Positions 12,446 to 24,800 of a stretch of 64,000 nt of DNA are shown in pieces. The stretch comes from Macrostomum lignano (Eukaryota): positions 1 to 64,000 of the forward strand of contig NIVC01003620.1 of NCBI GenBank assembly GCA_002269645.1. Direction: 5' to 3'. The notes beneath the pieces are model-generated. The model searched no databases. It was not told where the DNA came from and was given only the letters and a program-made list of their open reading frames with translations. The position numbers and the translations under genes are program-made. How positions within the stretch are numbered: position 1 is the first letter of the stretch; each line of letters starts with the position of its first letter.

Positions 12446-12843
12446 GGTATATGGACCCTCCTTACAGTAGAACACTAATGCTAAGCAGTGATAGACTAAT
12501 AGGACTGCTAAATTTTTAGTACCAATAATTAGTATTGTCACTAATCAATTAAAGAAAAAATTATCAATTGCTAATAGCAAGCACTCTTTCTACTTTGAAA
12601 TGTAGTACAATTAGTGCTACTAATTTTTAAATGCACTAAAAGACAATTTTTGATGAATAATATATAATATCAATAATAACATTAAAGACTAACACATGTA
12701 ATAAAACATTAGGTGGTAGGCCTAGTAAATTGTAAATTTGGTTTCAATTTTAAATGTTATAATGCCTATTTCCTTGCAAAAGAATTAATATTTATAATTA
12801 ATTTCTTTTTGCCATTGGTATTGATTTTGAAGTAATAAACTTT

Positions 12844-13091
12844 TATATGCGCAACAGTTGGAAGAGTCAGCTGATCTGGCTGACCAATTTGGCAGCCAAC
12901 CAAGGTAAAAATTCCCATCCAAAAAAATATTGAAGTAGTACTAAGTAGATTATGAGGCATTTTGCCATAATAAGACAGTCATAGTTACTCCTGCCATTTA
13001 TCCAAATGTTGCATTTTTGGCCAAAAACTATGTTGAATTTTTGTTAAAACAAAGTTGCACAGCTGACCAAATTTTGGAGATTGCACATGAA
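12844..13091. mobile_element. MITE copy A (older, CpG-decayed)
   Basis: Aligns by eye with copy B (13581-13865); degenerate ends TATATGCGCAAC...ATTGCACATGAA. Confidence 0.65.
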
Positions 13092-13580
13092 TGAATAAAC
13101 TACTTAAAAAGCTAATTATAAAAATAAGATTAATTAAAATTCTCTTTGCCTATGAATAACAAAATGCAAAAAATAATATTCAATTTTTTTATATTTAAGA
13201 AAATTAAAAACTTACTTATGGTTATATAATTATTAACTTATTTCTCAAGTCAGGTCTCATTTTAATTTTTAGCATAGTCATTAACCCTATAGTTTTGTAG
13301 CAAAAAATAAATATATAGCACAATCAACAATTTCAGAAAATATTAATAACACTTTGATAATAAAATTATTAGTAGAATTAGAGGCTCTAACAAAATGTTT
13401 TCTTAGAAACATGTGCAATTTAGAATGGCATAGAAAGTTAAATTTTTGCATATGAGTAAAGAATAGAAAGAGGCCTTCCACATTAATTTATCAAGAAACC
13501 ATTGCTAGTGATAATGCTATATAAAAAAATAGAATAAATATGCAATCTAAATAAGGTATTTTTTGTGCTAGGCTGATTCA

Positions 13581-13865
13581 TACATGCGCAACAGTCGGCC
13601 GATCTGGCCAACCAATTTGGTGGCCAACCAAGGAAGTTGCAAAAATGCCCACCCAAAAAAACAACCAAGTAGTAGTACTAAGTAGCTGACAAGGCATTGC
13701 GGCTTAATAAGACAGTCATAGTTACTCCTGCCGTTTATCTAAAGTTGTGGTAGTTTTGCTTTAGGGTTTTTTTACATGTTAGTCGCATTTTTGGCCAAAA
13801 ACTACGTCGCATTTTTGTTAAAACTAAGTCGCACGGCCGACCAAATTTTGGAGGTTGCGCATGTA
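13581..13865. mobile_element. MITE copy B, TA-flanked
   Basis: Perfect terminal inversion TACATGCGCAAC...GTTGCGCATGTA; second copy at 12844-13091. Confidence 0.7.
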
Positions 13866-13949
13866 TAGGCTGATTGCTTTATGTAGTAGTAGATAAATAT
13901 CTATAGGTCAGGCTATAATCAATAAAAGCTAAAGCCAAAGAGAATGATT

Positions 13950-14317
13950 ATAATATTTTTTTATTAGAGGCAGGGGGGTTGTGTGCACCCTGGCACACTT
14001 TAAGCAACATAGGCACACAACTGGCAAGAGGCATTACTGCCCATTCTGCCGACTTCCCTGAGCAGACACATAAGCGCGCAGATACATATGCAGGCACACA
14101 ATCACACAGGAGTGTACAGCGGCCCTAACTTTATATTATCGTTAGGCATATACACTTCACTGTGCCCTGGGGGGTTGGCTCTCAAGGCCATTAATTGCAC
14201 AAGCAGAGCCAAGCCAAGATTCCAATTCAGCCCCAAATTAATATGACTGCACTTGGAATCAAGCCTAGGTTGCTGGCACAACAGAGCAGCTACACTACTG
14301 CTGGGCTATGGCCTGCC
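13950..14317 (-). mobile_element. tRNA-derived SINE-like element (degenerate)
   Basis: Minus-strand head GGCAGGCCATAGCCCAGCAGT (A-box-like), then GGCTTGATTCC (B-box-like, 14265-14255) at tRNA spacing; A-rich end near 13950. Confidence 0.4.
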
Positions 14318-15882
14318 ATGATTATTGACTATAATATAATACAATTGTATTATATCATCTATCTCTCTAATTACTACCAATAAGGAATGAGTTAAATATA
14401 TAGACCTAGGCTTATGATTATCTATTTAAATATTTAAAGCTTTGGTTATCTTGGTATGTAGCCATCTTGATTAGGGAATACAAAAGTTTCTAATCTTTGT
14501 TGGTGCAATTTGGATTCACAAAGCCATCTAATCTAATTTTAAAGGGCTTTCAATAATAAAGTATAACAGAACAAAATATTTTGCAAACAAGAAACTGACA
14601 GTGAGCCCTGAATTAGAATGTGATATATGGGCTAGTGTATTAGACATTCTTTTAACATGCCAGTATCAGCTCAGGAAAAGCACACTTGATTGGGATATTA
14701 CCTAGGGAATGATAGCTTTTTATAGAACTATGGCCCGAGGTACTAATAACAGGGTAGAGAATCAGACATCACCCTTCCAGGGCACTTGCCCTAGATGGAA
14801 AATTGCATGGTAGCTTGGGTTGTAGTCTAATAGCAAGGTCCCAATGTTCTAATCCCTTCTATGGCCAAGGAGTTTTGATGATGAGACTACTTAAAGTACA
14901 TGTAGTTCTGCCACCAACCCTATTCTGAACATCTAAAGGGTGTCCTAATAATGCTAAGAATGAAGTCTTTTGCATAAGGAGAAAGGAGGGCTTCTGATCT
15001 GCGCAAGGTTGAGACCCCCTGATTTTAGACCTCCCTTATCCATATTTGTATCTGTAACCATAAAAATCCTATAGCTCTGCAACTATGCCCACAACCACTT
15101 TTAATTACTTGCAAATAAGTTGCTATATCTACTATTGCATTGTGCAAGATTCTTAGAGGTTTTTAATTTATTGTTATACTAGGGGATTATCTTTCAGAAT
15201 GGTTCAATGTGTCAATAGCTTGTCAATGAAAATTAAACAATTTCGGTGAATTGCAGCATATATATAGTTGTTCATGCATCAATAAAGAGTCACAATATAA
15301 GTTCATATATGAAAATATACATTATGGATAGTCAGCAGAAGCTAACATGTAGGAAGCCAATAATAAAGCTAGATGCTTATGAGTCCCAAGTATTAGTCTT
15401 ATAAGCATATTTTGAATGTCAAAGTACAGTATGATGTATGTTGACAAGTTGGATTTCAACCAATTAGTACTGTAACCTTCAACTTATAAGCATATTTGTA
15501 TCACAGAATAGATTCGGGATATTTTTTAACTATTTTATCAAAGGATTTGCTACATTTTTATCTATGATGCATATAAATGCACTATAATTTTTGTCTTAGT
15601 TGCAAAAACGAGGTTCTTTATAGGATATGGTAAAAATCTGGGAAATTTCTGTTCCCATAATCATATCCATATCTATAACTTGGAGATCAAAATCAATGTA
15701 TCTATAAATTTCTGTATCTGTAGCTATGGTGGAACTCTACCTACTATCAATAATCTTTGATAAAGAAGTAATGAGATCACAAAGTGGAAGTCAACTTTAG
15801 GGTATTGTGAGAAAAATTAATCAGTGTTAAAACTTATTTGACATATAGTAATAATCATTAATATAACCAAAACCATATGCAG

Positions 15883-18800
15883 GCATTCTTAGTAGAAATG
15901 GTGCCAGGCATATGCGACTGCCTATGGTGCTGACATGCGGCCACAATGTCTGCACGGAGTGTGTGCTATCGAGCCTCAGGCAGAAGTCTGACAGTTGGAC
16001 TTGCCGAGTTGATGGATGCCAGGTACCTATTTAAATTAATAAGTATTCTACCTATATGTTTTATAAGCTTGTTAGTCCCTAATTCAATCTATGAGGGGCC
16101 AAACCCAAGTGTAGGTATATAGACAGATTACATATGCCTGAAATTAAGAAAGTCAGTGCTGCTGTGCTAATTAGATGACGAGGCATTTGCATAAAAATGG
16201 TCATGGTTACTTGCCCCGTTTACTCAGAAGAAGCCAAATAGACATAACAGCTTTGATCTGCGGCAATAGCATTTAGTAATCTTTGAATAAATTACTTTAA
16301 AAGAAAGTTCAACTTGTACTTTTTTCAAACCAGGTCGCCACAAAGTACAATCAGCCGCTGAACAAGTTGAACACTATTCCAGTTGGTGTACTGCCATTGG
16401 ATTTGAATCTAATTGGAATGTTTTATAGCGACATGCTTATTAGGCTTACACAAAAGTCGTAAGTCTGCGTTTGTTTCAATTTGTTCATACTACATGCCAA
16501 GTAATTGTAAAATGCATTCGCTTTAATCAATTTGTCTCTACTATTTCAGTGATGTTAGAAAATCTTCTGGTGACGAGGACAGGGGTGGAGCTAGCAAAGA
16601 GTTCACTGTTCCTGGGGCTGGTGAGTTGCTAGGTTTTTAAATAACAAGTTTAGCGTCTCATATATTGTGTTAGCCAACCTAAATTACACGTAAATTAACA
16701 CTATTAATACTTTCTAGGAATTGCCAGAGATCGGTCAGCGTGTTCAGCTTGCAAGGCTGTGCAATCCAGCGTCAAATGTGTCGAGTGTAACGACAGTTTG
16801 TTTTGCCACAGCTGCTTTCGCGAGGTTTGAAATTTGCATTATTGATGCCTTTGTGCTTATTTAATAACTGTCTCCATGTCACCATTGGCGTGAGCCAATC
16901 TGTCTGACCCAGCTCACTGTCTCCAGAGTGAGCCAATCTGTCTGACCCAGCTCACTGTATCCATGTCACCATTGGAGTGAGCCAATCTGTCTGACCCAGC
17001 TCACTGTCTCCATGTCACCATTGGAGTGAGCCAATTTGTCTGACCCAGCTCACTGTCTCCATGTCACCATTGGAGTGAGCCAATCTGTCTGACCCAGCTC
17101 ACTGTCTCCATGTCACCATTGGAGTGAGCCAATCTGTCTGACCCAGCTCACTGTCTCCATGTCACCATTGGAGTGAGCCAATCTGTCTGACCCAGCTCAC
17201 TGTCTCCAGAGTGAGCCATTCTGTCTGACCCAGCTCACTGTCTCCAGAGTGAGCCGATCTGTCTGACCCAGCTCACTGTCTCCAGAGTGAACCATTCTGT
17301 CTGACCCAGCTCACTGTCTCCAGAGTGAGCCATTCTGTCTGACCCAGCTCACTGTCTCCAGAGTGAGCCATTCTGTCTGACCCAGCTCACTGTCTCCAGA
17401 GTGAGCCATTCTGTCTGACCCAGCTCACTGTCTCCATGTCACCATTGGAGTGAGCCAATCTGTCTGACCCAGCTCACTGTCTCCAGAGTGAGCCGATCTG
17501 TCTGACCCAGCTCACTGTCTCCAGAGTGAGCCGATCTGTCTGACCCAGCTCACTGTCTCCAGAGTGAGCCGATCTGTCTGACCCAGCTCACTGTCTCCAG
17601 AGTGAGCCGATCTGTCTGACCCAGCTCACTGTCTCCAGAGTGAGCCAATCTGTTTGACCCAGCTCACTGTCTCCAGAGTGAGCCGATCTGTCTGACCCAG
17701 CTCACTGTCTCCAGAGTGAGCCGATCTGTCTGACCCAGCTCACTGTCTCCAGAGTGAGCCAATCTGTTTGACCCAGCTCACTGTCTCCAGAGTGAGCCAA
17801 TCTGTTTGACCCAGCTCACTGTCTCCAGAGTGAGCCGATCTGTCTGACCCAGCTCACTGTCTCCAGAGTGAGCCAATCTGTTTGACCCAGCTCACTGTCT
17901 CCAGAGTGAGCCAATCTGTTTGACCCAGCTCACTGTCTCCAGAGTGAGCCAATCTGTCTGACCCAGCTCACTGTCTCCAGAGTGAGCCAATCTGTCTGAC
18001 CCAGCTCACTGTCTCCAGAGTGAGCCAATCTGTCTGACCCAGCTCACTGTTTCCAGAGTGAGCCATTCTGTCTGACCCAGCTCACTGTCTCCATGTCACC
18101 ATTGGAGTGAGCCAATCTGTCTGACCCAGCTCACTGTCTCCAGAGTGAGCCGATCTGTCTGACCCAGCTCACTGTCTCCAGAGTGAGCCAATCTGTTTGA
18201 CCCAGCTCACTGTCTCCAGAGTGAGCCGATCTGTCTGACCCAGCTCACTGTCTCCAGAGTGAGCCAATCTGTTTGACCCAGCTCACTGTCTCCAGAGTGA
18301 GCCGATCTGTCTGACCCAGCTCACTGTCTCCAGAGTGAGCCAATCTGTCTGACCCAGCTCACTGTCTCCAGAGTGAGCCAATCTGTTTGACCCAGCTCAC
18401 TGTCTCCAGAGTGAGCCAATCTGTCTGACCCAACTCACTGTCTCCAGAGTGAGCCAATCTGTCTGACCCAGCTCACTGTCTCCAGAGTGAGCCATTCTGT
18501 CTGACCCAGCTCACTGTTTCCAGAGTGAGCCATTCTGTCTGACCCAGCTCACTGTCTCCATGTCACCATTGGAGTGAGCCAATCTGTCTGACCCAGCTCA
18601 CTGTCTCCAGAGTGAGCCGATCTGTCTGACCCAGCTCACTGTCTCCAGAGTGAGCCGATCTGTCTGACCCAGCTCACTGTCTCCAGAGTGAGCCAATCTG
18701 TCTGACCCAGCTCACTGTCTCCAGAGTGAGCCAATCTGTTTGACCCAGCTCACTGTCTCCAGAGTGAGCCGATCTGTCTGACCCAGCTCACTGTCTCCAG

Positions 18801-21800
18801 AGTGAGCCAATCTGTCTGACCCAGCTCACTGTCTCCAGAGTGAGCCAATCTGTTTGACCCAGCTCACTGTCTCCAGAGTGAGCCAATCTGTCTGACCCAA
18901 CTCACTGTCTCCAGAGTGAGCCAATCTGTCTGACCCAGCTCACTGTCTCCAGAGTGAGCCATTCTGTCTGACCCAGCTCACTGTCTCCATGTCACCATTG
19001 GAGTGAGCCAATCTGTCTGACCCAGCTCACTGTCTCCAGAGTGAGCCGATCTGTCTGACCCAGCTCACTGTCTCCAGAGTGAGCCGATCTGTCTGACCCA
19101 GCTCACTGTCTCCAGAGTGAGCCGATCTGTCTGACCCAGCTCACTGTCTCCAGAGTGAGCCAATCTGTTTGACCCAGCTCACTGTCTCCAGAGTGAGCCA
19201 ATCTGTTTGACCCAGCTCACTGTCTCCAGAGTGAGCCGATCTGTCTGACCCAGCTCACTGTCTCCAGAGTGAGCCAATCTGTTTGACCCAGCTCACTGTC
19301 TCCAGAGTGAGCCAATCTGTTTGACCCAGCTCACTGTCTCCAGAGTGAGCCAATCTGTCTGACCCAGCTCACTGTCTCCAGAGTGAGCCAATCTGTCTGA
19401 CCCAGCTCACTGTCTCCAGAGTCAGCCAATCTGTCTGACCCAGCTCACTGTTTCCAGAGTGAGCCATTCTGTCTGACCCAGCTCACTGTCTCCATGTCAC
19501 CATTGGAGTGAGCCAATCTGTCTGACCCAGCTCACTGTCTCCAGAGTGAGCCGATCTGTCTGACCCAGCTCACTGTCTCCAGAGTGAGCCGATCTGTCTG
19601 ACCCAGCTCACTGTCTCCAGAGTGAGCCAATCTGTTTGACCCAGCTCACTGTCTACAGAGTGAGCCAATCTGTTTGACCCAGCTCACTGTCTCCAGAGTG
19701 AGCCGATCTGTCTGACCCAGCTCACTGTCTCCAGAGTGAGCCAATCTGTCTGACCCAGCTCACTGTCTCCAGAGTGAGCCAATCTGTTTGACCCAGCTCA
19801 CTGTCTCCAGAGTGAGCCAATCTGTCTGACCCAACTCACTGTCTCCAGAGTGAGCCAATCTGTCTGACCCAGCTCACTGTCTCCAGAGTGAGCCATTCTG
19901 TCTGACCCAGCTCACTGTCTCCATGTCACCATTGGAGTGAGCCAATCTGTCTGACCCAGCTCACTGTCTCCTGAGTGAGCCGATCTGTCTGACCCAGCTC
20001 ACTGTCTCCAGAGTGAGCCGATCTGTCTGACCCAGCTCACTGTCTCCAGAGTGAGCCAATCTGTTTGACCCAGCTCACTGTCTCCAGAGTGAGCCAATCT
20101 GTTTGACCCAGCTCACTGTCTCCAGAGTGAGCCGATCTGTCTGACCCAGCTCACTGTCTCCAGAGTGAGCCAATCTGTCTGACCCAGCTCACTGTCTCCA
20201 GAGTGAGCCAATCTGTTTGACCCAGCTCACTGTCTCCAGAGTGAGCCAATCTGTCTGACCCAGCTCACTGTCTCCAGAGTGAGCCAATCTGTCTGACCCA
20301 ACTCACTGTCTCCAGAGTGAGCCAATCTGTCTGACCCAGCTCACTGTCTCCAGAGTGAGCCATTCTGTCTGACCCAGCTCACTGTCTCCAGAGTGAGCCA
20401 TTCTGTCTGACCCAGCTCACTGTCTTAATTGTAAACTAATGTCCCTTTACTGGTTACGACAATCGAACTCAAATATAATCTGTGTGCATTACAGTTTCAC
20501 AATCAGCTCGGATTCAGCCACCAGATTGAACCGGCTGTCACCACGCAGTTGCTGAAACCGGCCGAGGATCCCGTCTGCAGCTCCGCCGTCTCGCATTTGT
20601 CCGCCGTTCCGGCCAACATTTTTTGTGTCACCTGCGCCAGCCTGATCTGCTCAGCCTGTCAGCAATCGTCTGAGCATGCCGACCATTCTACCTGCGAATT
20701 TGGACAGGCAAATATGCGACTGCTAAGGTGGCTTCTGAGCATCGCCGATTCGCTGGAGAGTCTGGCCAATCGGCTGGTTGAAAGCGAGCAAACACTGCTG
20801 AGTGAGACGGCCAGGTGAGAATATTTATTGTTAATTAATTGTAAGCAGTGTTTTCGTCTGGTTTTATTGGTAGGTGATGGCTTGAAATGGGGTGGTGGGT
20901 GGCGGCTAGAAATGGGGTGGTGGGTGGTGGCCTGAAATGTGGTGGTGGGTGGCGGCTTGAAATGGGGTGGTGGGTGGCGGCTTGAAGTAGGGTGGTGAGT
21001 GGCGGCTTGAAGTGGGGTGGTGGATGGCGGCTTGAAATGGGTGGCGGCTTGAAGTGGGGTGGTGGGTGGCGGCTTGAAGTGGGGTGGTGGGTGGCGGCTT
21101 GAAAAGGGGTGGTGGGTGGTGGCTTGAATTGGGGTGGTGGGTGGCGGCTTGAAGTGGGGTGGTGGGTAGCGGCTTGAAGTGGGGTGGTGGGTAGCGGCTT
21201 GAAGTGGGGTGGTGGGTGGCGGCTTGAATTGGGATGGTGGGTAGCTTGTATCACATAGGCGTGACAGACTATAATCTCCTAGGTTCTGTAAAAATTGCGA
21301 TTCACACTGCCTCAACTCCCTAGGCTCCAATCCGAGGCCACCAGCAGTCTGCAGTCGGAGGTTCGCGCGGATTTCTCTATCCTATACGCGCGCCTAATTA
21401 GCGCCGAAAATGACGCCGTCTGCCGGCTGCGCCAGTCCGGCGTGCTCGCCCCGCTAGCGCAGCAGAGCGAACAATTGTTGGCCGAGCTGCGTCGCTGCGC
21501 TGACTGGCTTCTGCCGTTATCACTGTCGTTGAAGGCTCTTCGCTCGGCTGGCAGCGACGCCATCGCTCGCTGGTGCCCGGTGAAACCGTTCGACTATGCC
21601 AGGCTGCTGCAGCTGCTGAGCAGCCTCACCAACCAGCCTGTCTGTGTGCTGCCGCCAAATGTCACTGCAGTTTCATCAGCCGGCGCCTCGGCAGCGGCGT
21701 CAATGCCGCAGTTGTGCCGCCGCTCCGACACGCAGCCGTTTGATCTGGCGCACTTTAGCATCGCCAGCCCGGCCCGACTCCAAACCTGCCCGCCAGCCAG

Positions 21801-24800
21801 CCTGGAGCCGGGCATTGAACACCTGCTAGCCAATTCTCCCGCTGGTATATTTTGCGACTCGGGCCTGTTGGAGCAGCCGAGTGTGCAACAGGAGTCGTTG
21901 TCGAATACTTCGCCTAAAGCGGCTGTTGTTGCCGAAGAGGCCGCTTCCGCTGCGCCAACAACAATGCCTGTGCCGCTATCAACCGGCGACGCTGTTATTC
22001 CGCTATTCCTACTGTCTCCGCACGAGATCTGGGTAGCGAGGTACGCTGAGCAGGCCTGGCTAAAACAAACTCAACAGTTGTGCAGCCAGGCGGCCAAGTC
22101 TCAGTTGGCAGTACAGACTGAAACTGTGCAATCAGGCGATTGGGTACTCAGCCGGTTCCAGAGCGCCTCAGACTGGTGCCGAGCTATTGTTACTAAGCTA
22201 AATATTGAATCAGCTGTGTGCGATGTGTTCTTTCCTGACTATGGCAATTCAGTTAGCAATAAGCAGATTGCTGAACTGTTGACTATGCCGCCAGCGCTAT
22301 GTGAGATTCCACCTCTTGCTCATCGGATCAGCCTGAATAACATAGCGCCCAGAGTTATGAATAATGGGCCAACTAGTCAGCAACAGCCTGACCAATGGAG
22401 TACCGAGGCTGTGTACGAACTGCAGGAGATTCTAGTTAAGAAATGCTTCACTGGCGATCTTATAGTTCGAATTGTGTCTCAGCAGCCTGGCGAGACTCTT
22501 GTTGATCTACTAATTCGAGTAGTATTGCACGATTGCGATCTGAGATTTCTGTCCGTACGCGAACTGCTAGTGTTTGCCAATTTGGCCTGCTATGCTATGC
22601 CCTATTTGCACAATCGGGAGGCTTCCAACGATTTAGTTGATACCGAGGCGCCCAGGCTGTTTTTAAGGTCGTCAAATATTTTCAAGGGTTATCGATTCTT
22701 TGGCAGCGTTTCGGCATTCTATTCGCCCGACGAGTTTTACGTGTTCCGCTGCAACCAGGGCGCCGATATGGACGTGTTTGAGGAGATGCAGCAGGCTCTG
22801 CAGGTAAGTCTGCTCTCTCGGTTTTCTCAATGCTAACTATGAGTAGCACGCCGTTTCTGCTTTGCTTGTTTTAATTTTACTGGGATCAGGAGGCTTTCTG
22901 CTGGTGTTTCCCGCTGGTGTGTGTCCCGCTGGTGTGTGTCCTGCTGGTGTGTGTCCTGCTGGTGTGTGTCCCGCTGGTGTGTGTCCTGCTGGTGTGTGTC
23001 CTGCTGGTGTGTGTCCCGCTGGTGTGTGTCCCACTGGTGTGTTTCCCGCTGGTGTGTGTCCCGCTAGTGTGTGTCCCGCTGGTGTGTTTCCCGCTGGTGT
23101 GTGTCCTGCTGGTGTGTGTCCTGCTGGTGTGTGTCCCGCTGGTGTGTGTCCTGCTGGTGTGTGTCCTGCTGGTGTGTGTCCCGCTGGTGTGTGTCCTGCT
23201 GGTGTGTGTCCTGCTGGTGTGTGTCCCGCTGGTGTGTGTCCCACTGGTGTGTTTCCCGCTGGTGTGTGTCCCGCTAGTGTGTTTCCCGCTGGTGTGTGTC
23301 CCGCTGGTGTGTGTCCTGCTGGTGTGTGTCCCGCTGGTGTGTGTCCCACTGGTGTGTTTCCCGCTGGTGTGTGTCCCGCTAGTGTGTGTCCCGCTGGTGT
23401 GTTTCCCGCTGGTGTGTGTCCCGCTGGTGTGTTTCCCGCTGGTGTGTTTCCCGCTGGTGTGTGTCCCGCTAGTGTGTTTCCCGCTGGTGTGTTTCCCGCT
23501 GGTGTGTTTCCCGCTGGTGTGTGTCCCGCTAGTGTGTTTCCCGCTGGTGTGTTTCCCGCTGGTGTGTTTCCCGCTGGTGTGTGTCCCGCTGGTGTGTGTC
23601 CCGCTGGTGTGTGTCCCGCTAGTGTGTTTCCCGCTAGTGTGTGTCCCGCTGGTGTGTTTCCCGCTGGTGTGTGTCCCGCTGGTGTGTTTCCCGCTGGTGT
23701 GTTTCCCGCTGGTGTGTGTCCCGCTGGTGTGTGTCCCGCTGGTGTGTGTCCCGCTAGTGTGTTTCCCGCTAGTGTGTTTCCCGCTGGTGTGTGTCCCGCT
23801 AGTGTGTTTCCCGCTGGTGTGTTTCCCGCTGGTGTGTGTCCCGCTGGTGTGTGTCCCGCTGGTGTGTGTCCCGCTGGTGTGTGTCCCGCTAGTGTGTTTC
23901 CCGCTAGTGTGTGTCCCGCTGGTGTGTCCCGCTGGTGTGTGTCCCGCTGGTGTGTCCTGCTGGTGTGTGTCCTGCTGGTGTGTGTCCCGCTGGTGTGTTT
24001 CCCGCTGGTGTGTTTCCCGCTGGTGTGTGTCCCGCTGGTGTGTTTCCCGCTGGTGTGTTTCCCGCTGGTGTGTTTACTGCCAGTATGTGTCCCGCTGGTG
24101 TTTACTGCCAGTGTGTGTCCCGCTAGTGTGTTTCCCGCTGGTGTGTTTACTGCCAGTGTGTGTCCCGCTGGTGAGTTTCCCGCTGGTGTTTACTGCCAGT
24201 GTGTGTCCCACTGGTGTGTGTCCCGCTGGTGTTTACTGCCTGTGTGTGTCCCGCTGGTGTTTACTGCCAGTGTGTGTCCCGCTGGTGTTTACTGCCAGTG
24301 TGTTTCCCGCTGGTGTGTTTACTGCTGGTGTGTTTACTGCTGGTGTGTTTACTGCCAGTGTGTGTCCCGCTGGTGTTTACTGCCAGTGTGTGTCCCGCTG
24401 GTGTGTTTCATGAATCCCGCTGGTGTGTTTACTGCTGGTGTGTTTAATGCTGGTGTGTGTCCCGCTGGTGTGTTTCCCGCTGGTGTGTGTCCCGCTGGTG
24501 TGTGTACCGCTGGTGTGTTTCCCGCTGGTGTGTGTCCCGCTGGTGTGTGTCCTGCTGGTGTGTGTCCCGCTGGTGTGTGTCCCGCTGGTGTTTACTGCCA
24601 GTGTGTGTCCCGCTGGTGTGTTTCCCGAATCCCGCTGGTGTGTTTACTGCTGGTGTGTTTAATGCTGGTGTGTGTCCCGCTGGTGTGTTTCCCGCTGGTG
24701 TGTGTCCCGCTGGTGTGTTTCCCGCTGGTGTGTTTCCCGCTGGTGTGTGTCCCGCTGGTGTGTACTGCCAGTGTGTGTCCCGCTGGTGTGTTTCCCGCTG

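Noticed and set aside
16866-20425. CRISPR-like appearance of the regular 38-bp and other arrays
   Set aside because: No unique spacers, eukaryotic spliced context, no cas genes
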